From assembly GCA_019704295.1 (NCBI GenBank), contig AP024596.1, forward strand, positions 224,001-288,000: a stretch of DNA of 64,000 bases. Reading direction: 5' to 3'. Of this stretch, positions 63,231 to 64,000 are shown piece by piece. The notes below the pieces were generated by a model. That model ran no database searches, was not told the origin of the DNA, and saw only the letters and a list, made by a program, of their open reading frames with translations. This DNA comes from Sulfolobales archaeon HS-7 (GTDB taxonomy: Archaea > Thermoproteota > Thermoprotei_A > Sulfolobales > Sulfolobaceae). Position 1 is the stretch's first letter. Each line of letters starts with the position of its first letter. The position numbers and the translations under genes were made by a program.

Positions 63231-63625
63231 GACAGTGTCTGATCTGCAGTGACTGTTATTTAAAAACTAAATTTTTAGATATGGGAATAACAGCCTATGG
63301 TACCAGAACAACAACAGTAAAGGCGGTACCAGATTGAAGACTCTCACTAAATACCTAGGCTTACTACATCAGGAAGTTTAGGATGCTTAGTAAACTAATC
63401 ACAATGGGAGCTGGTACCTAATCTAGATTATAAAAAGTTACGTAATCTCGTTCTATAAATGGATCTCATACATCACCCCTCTTATAATTGAATGAATTTA
63501 GTTCATAACGCGCGTTTTATGACTTTTTAGTTTATTTATTATTCCTTAATTACAAATTGGACGTTGTAATGTGGGTTCCTCGCTTTCAATAAGTTAAAGC
63601 TTTTATTTAACTAATCGCAAATTAA

Positions 63626-64000
63626 ATGGAGGAAAAACGCGTCTGATTCTTCTATTGGTCATGCTTACGTTCCTGGTTACAACTGTATTTGGCGCTTCCA
63701 TAACCATTAGGTATCCTAGCATTTACCTGAACGGCGTTCAGGTAGCTAAGCTGAGGTACCTCTTCCAGTTTGAAAACTACTCCTGCCTTAACGTAACTCT
63801 GGGTTATGAAAAGTGCGAGGTCTTCCTCATAGAGCTTTATAACTCAACTAGCTCTTACTTTCCGCTTCGCGGCAACTCCTCACTCTCGGGAATATACCTT
63901 TACTTTCCCGAGGAGAGAGTATCAACCACACTGCCTAATTACAACACTACAAATGCAACTGCAGTTTTCATACCTTACTCTTACATTTCTAACTTAACGT
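63626..64000 (+). CDS. Secreted/membrane protein, partial (runs off the window end); start uncertain
   Basis: Open frame GGKTRLILLLVMLTFLVTTVFGASITIRYP... with several sequons. ATG 63626 is out of frame by 1 nt, and an in-frame ATG lies at 63661. Confidence 0.55.

Overview
Archaeal chromosomal window, almost certainly Sulfolobales. This is supported by leaderless genes with BRE/TATA about 25-30 nt upstream, GGTGA ribosome-binding sites inside operons, and Dox-type oxidase, Lrs14, thermopsin, PCNA3 and DUF2208 genes. It carries: a rearranged DoxB/DoxC/DoxE-type heme-copper quinol oxidase locus with extra small genes; a TPR Ser/Thr kinase; a propionate/methylcitrate and fatty-acid catabolism region (two acyl-CoA synthetases, acyl-CoA dehydrogenase, mdh, prpD, prpB, citrate synthase, fused EtfAB-FixCX, 3-hydroxyacyl-CoA dehydrogenase/hydratase); and housekeeping genes (proC, PCNA, HIT, MFS). 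The intergenic DNA is a graveyard of mobile elements. It holds three IS256 (ISC1250-like) remnants, a ~160-165-bp MITE family sharing their terminal inverted repeats, a separate ~175-bp dispersed element that sits inside or against all three IS256 remnants at different positions, and several IS605/TnpB right-end remnants. Candidate accessory systems are a three-gene toxin-antitoxin-like module between IS256 ends, a doubly inactivated ABC-ATPase plus PD-(D/E)XK-like pair, and a coiled-coil repeat nuclease. I saw no CRISPR array, tRNA or rRNA. Family assignments come from motif recognition by eye, not from database searches.
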